A DNA stretch of 63,892 nt, the filler included, from Octopus bimaculoides (taxonomy: Eukaryota), in NCBI RefSeq assembly GCF_001194135.2. It is 4 parts of 4 records of this genome, joined end to end, with 100 filler letters (N's around TTAATTAATTAA, not from the genome) between each part and the next. Parts side by side here need not be neighbours in the genome. Positions count along the whole stretch, not along the records: positions 37,605 to 60,686 come from NC_068984.1; positions 60,787 to 63,892 come from NC_068982.1; 2 more parts are not named here. One strand, given 5' to 3'. A program made the position numbers and the translations under genes. Within the stretch, counting starts at the first letter, position 1. Each line of letters begins with the position of its first letter. This document shows, one piece after another, positions 53,107 through 63,892 of this stretch. Below the pieces are notes generated by a model. That model saw only the letters and a program-made list of their open reading frames with translations, did not search any database and had not been told where the DNA came from.

Positions 53107-53297
53107 GGTGGGGGAGACAAGTCAAAGACGCACAAACTCACATATAGTACGGGCTTCTTTGAGTTTCCGTCTATCAAATCCGCTCACAAGGCATTGGTCG
53201 GCCCTGGATATAGTACAAAAAATTTGCCCAAGGAGCCGTGCAGTGAGACTGAAACCGAAACCATGTGGACGCAAAGCCAGCGTCTTAACCACACATC
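53107..53297 (-). mobile_element. SINE family A, mostly head
   Basis: gggcttctttgagtttccgtctatcaaatccgctcacaaggcattggtcgg...tttgcccaagg. Confidence 0.7.
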
Positions 53298-53513
53298 CAT
53301 TAATATATATTAATATATATATATATAAATATATATATATGTGTGTACACAGGCACAGGCATGTGTATTGGAGTGTTTATAACTATTTATATGGTTTTAT
53401 ATACTGTTTGTAGGCTTTTTTATGTGCCTTATATTTTTATATTTTCATTTTCATTTTTCATTTATTTTTATTTTTTACTTTATTCTTATTTTATATTTGT
53501 ATTGAATTTTTGT

Positions 53514-53648
53514 AAATCTCTGAAGAGGTCTAGCGAATCATGCATGTACCCCCATTACATCATTTTCATCTGCTAATTACTCCGGCGCACAGGAGTTATA
53601 GAGATAGAATGAGGCATGCCAACGGTAGGCCGAAACAGCTGTAAGTTT
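53514..53648 (+). ncRNA. Type I hammerhead ribozyme with extended (~105 nt) stem II
   Basis: Core CTGAAGA (53520-26). Stem II GGTCTA/TAGGCC. GAAA (53632-35). Stem III AC-AGCT-GT with a palindromic loop. Cleavage triplet GTA (53641-43). Stem I AATCT/AGTTT with one mismatch. Confidence 0.72.
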
Positions 53649-53667
53649 CTGTACATTCTCCAATTGC

Positions 53668-54765
53668 TAAATGTACTTATTATAAAGTGTAGAGATTGTT
53701 CCATTCAACGGGTAAGTGATACACATCACTCCTATGATGCTCTACAGTACCCGTTGCTTTTTCCATATGAAACAGATGGATATCACTTTGGTATTCCTCA
53801 AGCAGGAGAAAATTCTGTATTGTGCATAATCACAATACAGATTGGATCTGTGAGCAAGCTATCCTGACTCTAAAACATGTTACTGTGAATAAGATTAATA
53901 ATATTCTACTTAATAAACTTCCGGGAGAAGTATTCACTTATAACTCAATTGACAGTGTTGCTGATGATCAGGATAGTGTTAAGTACTTCATTGTTTTCAG
54001 TTTAAAAAGTACTTCATTGTCATCACTTTAAAAAGGGGGCTCCTATTATGCTATTGCGTAATTTGTCTCAACCAAAATTATACAATGGTATAAGACTAAT
54101 TGTGCACAAACTTATGAGGAACTGCAAATATTCTCACTGGTTGTGGTAAAGGTGAGACCGTCTTTATTTCTCGCATACCAGTCATACCATCTAATGCCCC
54201 ATTCCAATTTAAGCAGTTACAGTTTCCTGTCCGAGTTTCTTTTGCCATGAGCATTAATAGAAGTCAAAGCCAAACACTAAAAGTTGCTGGATTGCAACTT
54301 CAAGAACCATGCTTTTCACATAGGCAACTTTATGTAGGAGCATCACATGTAGGAGCATCACATGTAGGAGCAAAAGAAAATCTTTTTGCTTATGCACCCC
54401 GAAATAAAACAACATTGTTTATAAGAAATATTCACTCTTAATGCAACATGAATACTTCAATAACCTAATTTGCCATTACTATCATTACATTCAATAATGA
54501 GTAAATTAACTATTTAAATGAAGTTATTATATAATTGCCATTAGTGCATTGATAAATAAAATAACACATACAGTTCACTTATTATTGTCATATAATAAAC
54601 AAACAGAAGTTCGTGCATGAAATTGAACTTTTTCTACTTCAATTATTACATGTTTTTCTCTTATAAAACTCACACATATCGGAGGAGTAGATTATATATA
54701 TAACAATACTTTGAATGTGACTCCGAGAAAGCAATTACCCGATCAACAACGGGTATTACTGTTAG
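53668..54765 (+). mobile_element. Helitron remnant (Rep fragment, Pif1 helicase C-terminus, 3' end)
   Basis: QRVSDTHHSYDALQYPLLFP..DGYH; AIL.LKHVTVNKINN; [19 protein letters not shown]; RIPVIP...FPVRVSFAMSINRSQSQTL..GL.L.EPCFSH.QLYV. 3' hairpin TACCCG/CGGGTA then TTAG|T at 54762-54766. Confidence 0.92.
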
Positions 54766-54785
54766 TATATATATATATATGTATA

Positions 54786-54819
<34 letters not shown>

Positions 54820-55620
54820 NNNNNNNNNNNNNNNNNNNNNNNNNNNNNNNNNNNNNNNNNNNNNNNNNNNNNNNNNNNNNNNNNNNNNNNNNNNNNNNNN
54901 NNNNNNNNNNNNNNNNNNNNNNNNNNNNNNNNNNNNNNNNNNNNNNNNNNNNNNNNNNNNNNNNNNNNNNNNNNNNNNNNNNNNNNNNNNNNNNNNNNNN
55001 NNNNNNNNNNNNNNNNNNNNNNNNNNNNNNNNNNNNNNNNNNNNNNNNNNNNNNNNNNNNNNNNNNNNNNNNNNNNNNNNNNNNNNNNNNNNNNNNNNNN
55101 NNNNNNNNNNNNNNNNNNNNNNNNNNNNNNNNNNNNNNNNNNNNNNNNNNNNNNNNNNNNNNNNNNNNNNNNNNNNNNNNNNNNNNNNNNNNNNNNNNNN
55201 NNNNNNNNNNNNNNNNNNNNNNNNNNNNNNNNNNNNNNNNNNNNNNNNNNNNNNNNNNNNNNNNNNNNNNNNNNNNNNNNNNNNNNNNNNNNNNNNNNNN
55301 NNNNNNNNNNNNNNNNNNNNNNNNNNNNNNNNNNNNNNNNNNNNNNNNNNNNNNNNNNNNNNNNNNNNNNNNNNNNNNNNNNNNNNNNNNNNNNNNNNNN
55401 NNNNNNNNNNNNNNNNNNNNNNNNNNNNNNNNNNNNNNNNNNNNNNNNNNNNNNNNNNNNNNNNNNNNNNNNNNNNNNNNNNNNNNNNNNNNNNNNNNNN
55501 NNNNNNNNNNNNNNNNNNNNNNNNNNNNNNNNNNNNNNNNNNNNNNNNNNNNNNNNNNNNNNNNNNNNNNNNNNNATACATACATACATACATACATACA
55601 TACATACATACATACATACA

Positions 55621-55657
<37 letters not shown>

Positions 55658-55704
55658 GGATTTACTTTTCGTTATGAGATAAAAAAAATCCAACGCTGTG
55701 TATA

Positions 55705-56099
55705 ATATAGAACATTTATAAATAGAATGTCTTACAGCTGTTTCCAGGATATTTATTATATCCCTTCATCGGAGACGGTGTGAGAGGATGATTAAACAAT
55801 AGTTAGTTTAGTTAAGATAGGAAATAGAGAGTGAATGTAGGGATATTGTATTTGTAAATCCATTGTTTAGGCAAAATGGTATACATATAAGATTCCAATA
55901 GCTTGTGAGTAAAATCCAATTGTTCTTAAGGTTGGTCGTTGCCTTTGTAAATCCATTGGATTTTACTCACAAGGTATTGGAATCTTATATGTATACCATT
56001 CTGCCCAAACAATGGATTTACAAATACAATGTCCCTACATTCACTCTCTATTTCCTATCTTAACTAAACTAACTATTGCTTAATTATCCTCTCACACCG
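55705..56099. repeat. PLE-type terminal repeat with a 145-bp inverted duplication
   Basis: 55776-55920 is the reverse complement of 55955-56099. 55705-55935 is homologous to 10820-11085. Confidence 0.85.
55729..55776 (-). ncRNA. Second copy of the same hammerhead variant
   Basis: 53 nt identical to the 10848-10900 copy. Stem I GTCT/AGAC fully Watson-Crick. Confidence 0.6.
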
Positions 56100-56240
56100 C
56101 CGAGTTCGACTTTGTCTTTCATCCTTTCGGGGTCGATAAATTAAGTACCAGTTGCATTTTGGGGTCCATCTAATTGACTGTCCCCCCACCTTCCCTAAAA
56201 ATTTCGGGCCTTGTGACTAGAGTAGAAAAGAATATATAAC
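56098..56240 (+). mobile_element. SINE family B, 5'-truncated
   Basis: ccgagttcgactttgtctttcatcctttcggggtcgataaattaagtaccag...aatttcgggccttgtgactagagtagaaaag. Confidence 0.75.
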
Positions 56241-56289
56241 AGCTTTTCTGTATAAATATATATTGAAGATACTTCAGTAGCACCTTCTC

Positions 56290-56560
56290 ATACGCAAGTA
56301 AGACATGGGCTACTACGATGAGGAAAAGCTATAGATTGACTTTGATGCAAACATTCATGCTAGAAAACATGGAAACATTCATGCTAGGAATATCGTTGCG
56401 CAAGCATATCCGAAATGAATTCGAGAACGGGGCGGAGTGGTCGACGTGATGGCTGAATACCGAAAGCACAAGGTCCACTGGGCTAGACATGTGGCAAGGT
56501 TCATAGACAGTAGGTGGACCCGTGCAGTTGTCGAGTGGCATTCGAAGGATCGAAAAAGGC
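56290..56560 (+). mobile_element. RTE-clade LINE 3' fragment
   Basis: MLGISLRKHIRNE..; YRKHKVHWARHVARFIDSRWTRAVVEWHSKDRKRP. Confidence 0.8.
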
Positions 56561-56574
56561 CATGCTTACATGCG

Positions 56575-56700
56575 CGCGTGCGTGTCTTTGTGACTGTGTT
56601 TGTCTCCCAACCAGCGTTGATGTGTTTACGTCCCCGTAACTTAACGGTTCGGTAAAAGCGACGAATAGAATAACCACCCGGCTTTAAAAATATAAGTTCT
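56575..56700 (+). mobile_element. SINE family A, partial tail
   Basis: gtttacgtccccgtaacttaacggttcggtaaaagcgacgaatagaataa. Confidence 0.65.
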
Positions 56701-57149
56701 GGCGATAAAAGATACACACACACACACATACACACACACACACTGTAAAGATAGTTTTATATAAATTTGACGGTTATCTAAGTTTCAGTGGAAATGCAAC
56801 TGTTTCACTTCGCATTGGGAGCGTTTCGCTTTTAACTTTTGTTTTTATCATTCATTTTATGCTCGCCTCCTACAACAGCTCACTTAACAAAATCAAATAA
56901 AACCATTCTGAGTACTCTCCATTGGTGGCGCTTCTCCCTGTCGAAAAAGTTTCGAATTTTGGAAGTTTTCGGATAAAGAATTATTAACTGTATTACATAT
57001 AACTTCACGAACTAAAGAATTAGTTTCTAAGTGGTCACTCGACCTTCTAGGAATAGTAGTCAAACCTTCCACACACACTCACTCAACAAACTTAAAAAGA
57101 AAAATGACACTGTATGATTTAGTTCTAGATATACTGTCTTTAAAAGGTT

Positions 57150-57245
57150 AAAAAAAAAGGTATGCTGGCCATATGGTCACGACTGACTGAGATGTGTTTG
57201 GTGATAGGCCTGTTCGATTAGCACTGATCTGGAGACTAAACAACA
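57150..57245 (-). repeat. Short dispersed repeat family D (also ~26990-27055 and ~41215-41290 on +)
   Basis: Shared tttag-ccagRT-a-ccctgatcga-cagR-ct...cagcc-tgaccat pattern in three places. Confidence 0.45.
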
Positions 57246-57327
57246 TCATATATTATTTATTTTGTATTTTACTGATTATTGTTGTCAGGCAGTTAACTTA
57301 CACGTTTTTACATTGTGTTTAAATCAG

Positions 57328-57425
57328 GTAATGCCTACAAAGATTGTACCGCAAACGGCACCTGGTGGAAAAACCCAGCAACTAATATGGAATGGACAAA
57401 CTATAGCACATGTATTCAGATAAAG
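57328..57425 (+). CDS. Next exon of the same class B1 GPCR (second half of the hormone-receptor domain)
   Basis: ttaaatcag|GT...ATAAAG|gtaaat, 98 nt. Joined to the phase-1 end of the previous exon it reads (S)NAYKDCTANGTWWKNPATNMEWTNYSTCIQIK, matching the C-x-x-x-G-x-W and W-T-N-Y-x-x-C motifs of secretin-family ectodomains. Confidence 0.92.
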
Positions 57426-57744
57426 GTAAATATAGTTGAAATATCTAAAAAATAACCCGAAGGGTGGTAGATTCGTAGAATCGTTAAAAATTCAGACGAA
57501 AGTCTTTACTGTATTTCTTCTGTCTTTTTTATGTTCAAATCGCACCGAAGTCAACTTTGACGTTCATCCCTCCAGGGTAGATGAAAATAAGATGCAAGCC
57601 AAAAAATAGAATCGATTTAATCGACTAACTACCTGCATAACAGCTGGATTTTTTGTTTTTTTGTTTTTGTTTTTTTTTAATTAAGAACACGATGCAATGT
57701 GCAATGTCTTTTCAACGTGTTCAGTATTCATACTCGATTCATTT

Positions 57745-57890
57745 AATATCGCTCCCAAATTTTAGCACAAGGCCAGCAAAATCGGAGGAAGGGGAAAAGT
57801 CGATTACATCGTCTCCCAGCGTTCAGCTGGTACTTATTTTATCGACACCGAAAGACAACGTCGACTTCGACAGAATTTGCGATTCGTATA
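57745..57890 (-). mobile_element. SINE family B fragment
   Basis: gcacaaggccagcaaaatc...aagtcgattacatcg...ggtacttattttatcgac. Confidence 0.7.
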
Positions 57891-58099
57891 GAATTAAGGG
57901 GATGAGAGACGAATGTTGATATTGGTATTAATTTCCAAAAATATTAATGCAAATAGAGTTGAATTGGTTTGTATCTAAATATATAAATTTATCGCTATGT
58001 ACTAATGATTAACTATTACAATCAGCAATGGTTACGAAGTATTATATTTATGAACGGCCATGTATTCCCATCACGTGAAATTACACACATTATGCTTTC

Positions 58100-59130
58100 A
58101 TATTGTTCAAGTTTTACGGATACAAAATATTAGTATGCTTTATACCTGTTTTTATGAATGATTATAGTACAAGCTTGTCGAGTACCATATATTAAGGATG
58201 GACTTCCAGTGAACCGAATCAGGAACACAGTTTTGGTACATGATAATCATGATAGTGCATGGGAATATAACAAACATACGCAAGCATTTTTTATGGTTCA
58301 GTATTGCTCAGTCAGAGGAAGAAGAGCCTCCGAGATTGTTGGAAGAAATGTAAGAGTCCATCCGATGAACTTCTTCAGTTTTCATAAATCTCAGTTTTAT
58401 TCACAAGGTTTGGAAAACTTTCTTATCACAGGTCATATCTGCGACTACATAATGGAAGAAATCGATATTTCTGTTATATTTCTCATAAGATTAAATAATT
58501 AAAGATTATCAGAAAATATCGTACTTCGTGTACAAACATCAGACACTCTGTTCTTCGCTCGGAGTGGGAATCTTCCCTGAACGTTTCCACCTCGTTCTTA
58601 CTCTGGTTTTTATGCTTTCCAAACACCTGCTTCCATTTCTACTTTGGTTACCAAAGTAACAGAATCTATTAACTATGTTCAGGGGACCTTCCAAACATTT
58701 TACAGAATGTATTTCATATGTGCTCGTATTGCCAGCTATTCCTGTACGTCTGCTACATACGAAGATTTCTTTTCTGCCAGTTGACTTGTGATCACACTAT
58801 ATCTTACTGTTTACATTTGATGCACAATACAGAGTTTCGAGCTCCACATTTTCTGCGTATAGATCATGGGCAACTGCCTGAAAATGAGGAGATGTCCATG
58901 ATTTTTCTGTTATCTTCTTTCTAACTAAACTGCTAGGTTTACTCGTAATGATGTTTATTTGTGGTTTGAGGCTTCTATATTCTAGGCTTTGATGCCATGT
59001 TTTGCAATTCTTCTATGAGACTTCAACAGATTCAGCTATGGGAACTAGGTCATTACTATATAGGATTTCTTACGCACAACCGAATGCTAGTCTTTGAGAT
59101 ATATAATGTAGATTCTCGACCAAAGTTTTT
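58100..59130 (-). mobile_element. RTE-clade LINE RT fragment, highly decayed
   Basis: Minus frames give YSNDLVPIAES (YADD region), SGSCP*SIRRKCGARNSVLCIKCK, and LNIVNRFCYFG..SRNG.RC.ESIKTRVRTRWK. Confidence 0.7.
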
Positions 59131-60642
59131 TTCGCATTACTTACGACATTAATTCTTTAGGAAAAATACAAGGTTACAACTCTCTCAGTGTCTCTCCCTC
59201 ATACAAAAGTTTGACCTATAGACAGGTTATCAACAATTAACTCTAAGCATATTTTCAAAAGAGATATCATTAAATGAGATTTTTATGTCACTTCTATCTC
59301 AAAATCTATTGCTATTTCGAATTCAAATTATTCCAATTTGCAAACTGAGTTGACGTAATCAAAAGGGACATAATATTAAAATCTCTCCCGACAAGTTTTT
59401 AAACCTAACAGTGACAAAAAAAAACCCCTAAGGAGTTTGTGCAGTTTTTGCACAATAATTGTGCAGTTTTAATACTAGAATTCGATTAACACTTGAAATT
59501 TTCATGCAGAATTTTCCTCACCTTTAATGCCAAAGTTTCAAAAGGTTTTAGTTTTAAGATAATGAATTATAAGTTTGTTTTTATAGTTTTTAGCAGTAAG
59601 ATTTTCATCAGTTATCGCTTTGATATCTAGCAGGTCGAGATTTAGACTTTGAAGCTATCTGTCCTATGTTATATTGTTCTGTGAATTTGCGGAGGTAAAC
59701 TGTAAACATAAAGAATTAAATTTTCTACCCATGAATATCTGAAATCAAATATTGCAACATAGTTTATAGTACGATCAAGTGCATCTGATAAGAATAAAAT
59801 TTTATAACATTTGGCTACTAACAGTTAGAAATAAAACGATCAATACTCTACAATGTATATTATGTTACTTAACTTCATCGATCAGTTGTTTTGAGTAATC
59901 TACGATTTAACAAAGGACAAATGCAATGCACTTAAAAATAATTGACTACAGGTTAACACGAACAACTCAAGTTATATAATCAATGAATTGCTCTCGTTAT
60001 TACTACAATTCCTATTCGGATACTTTCATGTTTTTATTGTAAACGTTTCACTACCACAACAGTCTAAAAGATAAGATATACGAAAGAGTTTGCCAACAGC
60101 ATGTGACATTATATTTTGGATTAAATGCTATTTAAAAAGCAATTCCACTGTTCATATATTTTCGATTACAACTCTCAGATTGATGAAATTAAGATTGGCA
60201 ATCCTGATAAAAATTGGATTTATTCTCTATCAAATTTACAATGAGTGTTTTTACATACGAGGCGGCAAAAACAAAATGATACATAAGAATTGATTACATA
60301 TTCGATGCCATCTGCAGATATGTGAGAAATAATATATATGAGATACGAATAAAGAGACAGAGAGTCTGGATGAAATAAGTAAGATTGAGAGTAATAGAAA
60401 GATAGCTACGAAAAGAGAAAAACTGAAAAATGGAAAGTGATAGATACATATGAATGTACACACAGGCGCTTGCACACACACACGTATATGTATGTAAGTA
60501 TGTATGTATGTATGTATGTATGTATGCATGCATGCATGCGTGTGTGTGTGTGTGTACATATATATGTACTGTGTATGTATGTACGCACACATATTTATAT
60601 ACATATAAGCATACATATATATATTCATACATAAATATATTT

Positions 60643-60686
<44 letters not shown>

Positions 60687-60786
60687 NNNNNNNNNNNNNN
60701 NNNNNNNNNNNNNNNNNNNNNNNNNNNNNNTTAATTAATTAANNNNNNNNNNNNNNNNNNNNNNNNNNNNNNNNNNNNNNNNNNNN
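60687..60786. other. Artificial scaffolding spacer
   Basis: 44N + TTAATTAATTAA (60731-60742) + 44N. Confidence 0.93.
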
Positions 60787-60869
60787 TAGAAAAGGTGAAC
60801 CAAAAATTGCCTGTCTTTCAATATCTGGTCAGTTTAGCGCGACTGACAGATGTCCACCCTGTGCTCGAA

Positions 60870-63383
60870 AAACAAAGAGTCTTTTATTTATAAAATCTGG
60901 ACGGAACTTAAACATTTCATGTTGGAATGTGTGCATTCCGTTGGACAACAAGAGTGATTGTAGGCCTGAAAGACGCACTGCACTTGTTGCTTGTGTGCTG
61001 AACCATTATAAAATTGATATAGCTGCACTCTCAGAGACTAATATAGAAAGGAAGGCAGAAGGAGGAGTGCAGAGAGGCTGGTGTTGGTTTTGCAGTCCAA
61101 TCTGATATCCTTAAGAAGTTGGAAGAGCTGCCTGTTCCTATAAATGAATGTATAATGACGCTATGGTTGCACTTGAAAGGTAAGCAGTTTGCTACTCTAA
61201 TAAGTGCCTATGCACCTACTTTGACTAGCTGTGATAAAGATAAAACAATCTTTTATACCCAGCTGAGAGCAATACATAGAAAAATCCCCAATTCTGATAA
61301 AGTCATTCTACTGGGGGATTTTAATTCCAGGGTTGGAACAGACTGGCAAACATGGAACTCTCTAGGATGTTTTGGAGTAGGAAAAATGAATAGCAATGGT
61401 CTCATGCTACTGGAGCTTTGCGAAGAACATGGGCTTTACATCGCAAGCACTCGTTTTATGCACAAAGGTGATCACACAACAACATGGATGCATCCAAGGT
61501 CCAAAGTTTGGCACTTGCTGGATTATGTCATCATCCGCAAGCGTGACATTTATGACATTTGTAATGTCAAGTCCTTTCATGGATCAGAATGTTGGACAGA
61601 CCACAGTCTGGTGCAAGCAAAGTTCTGAATGGTGATTAGAATGAAAGAGAGAAGAGGACCAGTCAGCATTCCTCGCCGTCTAAATGTCCGCAAGGTATAT
61701 GATGTTGTGGTTAGGAAAGAGCTTCAGACTCACTTGTCCAGCATTGAAACTGCTGCAGCATGGGAGGATTTTCGAGATCAGGTTTTTCAATGTGCAGCCG
61801 AAACACTGGGATATGTTACTGCCAGACACAGGGACTGGTTTGATGAGAATGATGCTGAAGTTCAGCGACTATTGGTGGTAAAGCACCATGCCCACTGTGT
61901 ACTGCTACACAGAGAACTGTCTACTGTGCAGTGAAGTCTAGCACTTGCCCGCTATAACAGTGTAAAATCACAACTGCAGCGATCTCTCAGGAAGATGCAG
62001 GACACTTGGTGGGAGGACCTTGCTTGTGATGTTCAGGCTGCTGCTGATGCAAATGACAGCAAGAAGCTTTACCATCTTATGAAGCGAGCTTATGGACCTA
62101 AGAGCTCTACATCAGCTCCTTTGCTTTCCAAGGAAACTTCCACTCTGTTTACTAAATCAACAGAAATCACAGGTGGCTGGATCGAACACTTCTCTGAACT
62201 CCTAAACCATAGTAATTGATACTATGAAACAAAGACCTATCATTGGCTCCTTAGACTCCTCGCCCTCAATAGATGAAGTAATGACATCAATAAGTAAATT
62301 GAATCTTGGTAGGGCACCTGGAAAGGATGGAATTTGTGCTGAGGTCTTGGGATTTGGGGGTAATTACATCATACAGTCCCTTCATGAACTTATTAGTGCA
62401 GTCTGAAGGAATGGTGCAATCCCTAAGGACTGGAAGGATGCAATTATTTTTCCTCTATATATAGGAAAAGGAGCCAGAACAATGTGTGGTAACTACAGAG
62501 GTATTGCTCTACTATCAGCTGCTGGCAAGGTTTTGGCAAATATTCTTCTTACCCGTCTGAATGGGTGTCTCGTAAATGATGTCCTATCTGAATCACAATG
62601 TGGCTTCCGATCTGGTAGAGGGACAATGGATATGATTTTCACAGCAAGACAGATGCAGGAAAAGTGCTATGAGCAGAATATGGATCTTGTCCAGGTATTC
62701 ATTGATTTAACAAAGGCCTTTGATACTGTAAATAGGGCCTTTCTATGGAAAATACTTGGCAAACTTGGATGTCCAGATCACTTTAAATTAAATCATTTCA
62801 TGATGGGATGGAGNNNNNNNNNNNNNNNNNNNNNNNNNNNNNNNNNNNNNNNNNNNNNNNNNNNNNNNNNNNNNNNNNNNNNNNNNNNNNNNNNNNNNNN
62901 NNNNNNNNNNNNNNNNNNNNNNNNNNNNNNNNNNNNNNNNNNNNNNNNNNNNNNNNNNNNNNNNNNNNNNNNNNNNNNNNNNNNNNNNNNNNNNNNNNNN
63001 NNNNNNNNNNNNNNNNNNNNNNNNNNATGGCGGGACCTATTCCTGTAGAGAATGGTGTCAAGCAGGGTGACATCCTTGCCCCAACTCTCTTTTCTTTGTA
63101 CTTTGCTGCTGCTTTTACTCATGCTTTTGCTAAGGTTAGCTCTCTGGGAATATATGTGAGATATTGATCTTCTGGCCGCTTCTTTAATCTTTGCCGATTT
63201 GCTGTCAATTCAAAGGTTTTCCAGCCTATTATTCGTGACCTCCTTTATGCAGATGACTGTGACTTAGTCACTCATACAGTGGATGACATGCAAATACTCA
63301 TGAATTGCATTTCTGCTTCTTGCAAGGTATTTGGACTTAGCATTAGCCTGGACAAGACTGTTGTAATGTTCCAGCCTGCACCA
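60870..63383 (+). mobile_element. RTE/BovB-like LINE (APE endonuclease and RT), 3'-truncated, with stops and frameshifts
   Basis: RPERRTALVA..L..YKIDIAALSET; ISAYAPT; LLGDFNSRVG; TWMHPRSKVWHLLDYVI; WTDHSLV; NYRGIALLS; ESQCGFRSGRGTMDMIF; FIDLTKAFDTV; GVKQGDILAPTLF; YADD. Confidence 0.95.
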
Positions 63384-63831
63384 GGAAATCCACTCACAAG
63401 GCTTTAGTTGGCCAGACCTAAAGTAGAAGATACATGTCCAAGTGGTATGTATCCAAACTACATAGTTAAGAAACAGTTAAGAAACAACCATCTTAACTAC
63501 ACAGTTATGCCTGCACAGTAGCTGTGAAAATTTTAAAATATACTACTCCAATTTTGTGCATTCTTTTTACCTTTCTAAATTAAGAATTCTTTCTCAGACA
63601 CACTGATAGAAAAAAAACAGTACAATCCTTCTGAATCCATGCATATTCATGAGTCAAAATACATATATTTCATTCACTTAACATGACAGCATAGTCACAA
63701 TGATAAGAGTCACTGTAAAACTATTATGATGTAAAATTTGTTCCATTGATAAGAATGAGGTTGTCACTCCCTTCACTTGTATTAGTAATAATGAGATTAG
63801 AGAGAGACACACTCACACTCATGTATATATA

Positions 63832-63875
<44 letters not shown>

Positions 63876-63892
63876 GTATATATATATATATA

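Noticed and set aside
53533-53625. SECIS element inside the extended HHR stem (as described for some Naiad PLEs)
   Set aside because: No 5' AUGA/3' GA quartet or apical AA in the required arrangement on either strand.
58158-58502. 114-aa + strand ORF as a further GPCR exon
   Set aside because: No transmembrane or class B motifs; it is the antisense of an RTE remnant.

Overview
AT-rich, microsatellite- and gap-rich eukaryotic genomic DNA. The repeat style ((TATG)n, (TG)n, tRNA-derived SINEs with internal microsatellites, RTE/CR1/Dong-R4/Penelope relics) suggests a cephalopod, probably Octopus; this is inference. Three artificial 44N-TTAATTAATTAA-44N spacers split the window into four blocks whose adjacency is unproven. 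The only host gene I can support is a + strand class B1 (secretin/calcitonin-type) GPCR, seen as two phase-compatible exons (~46161-46635 and 57328-57425). Its ectodomain carries about 9 more cysteines than the canonical six. The rest is mostly decayed transposons: three Penelope-like elements (PLEs), RTE, CR1/L2, Dong/R4, mariner, Helitrons, foldback elements, four SINE-like families and a 5S rRNA pseudogene. The most striking unannotated signal is a set of at least 8 hammerhead-ribozyme (HHR) motifs from about six PLE-terminal-repeat-like families. One has a canonical core with stem II extended into a ~105-nt hairpin and lies in sense orientation inside the GPCR intron. Most ORF-track entries are microsatellite or N-gap artefacts. 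All structures were read by eye; no searches or folding programs were run.
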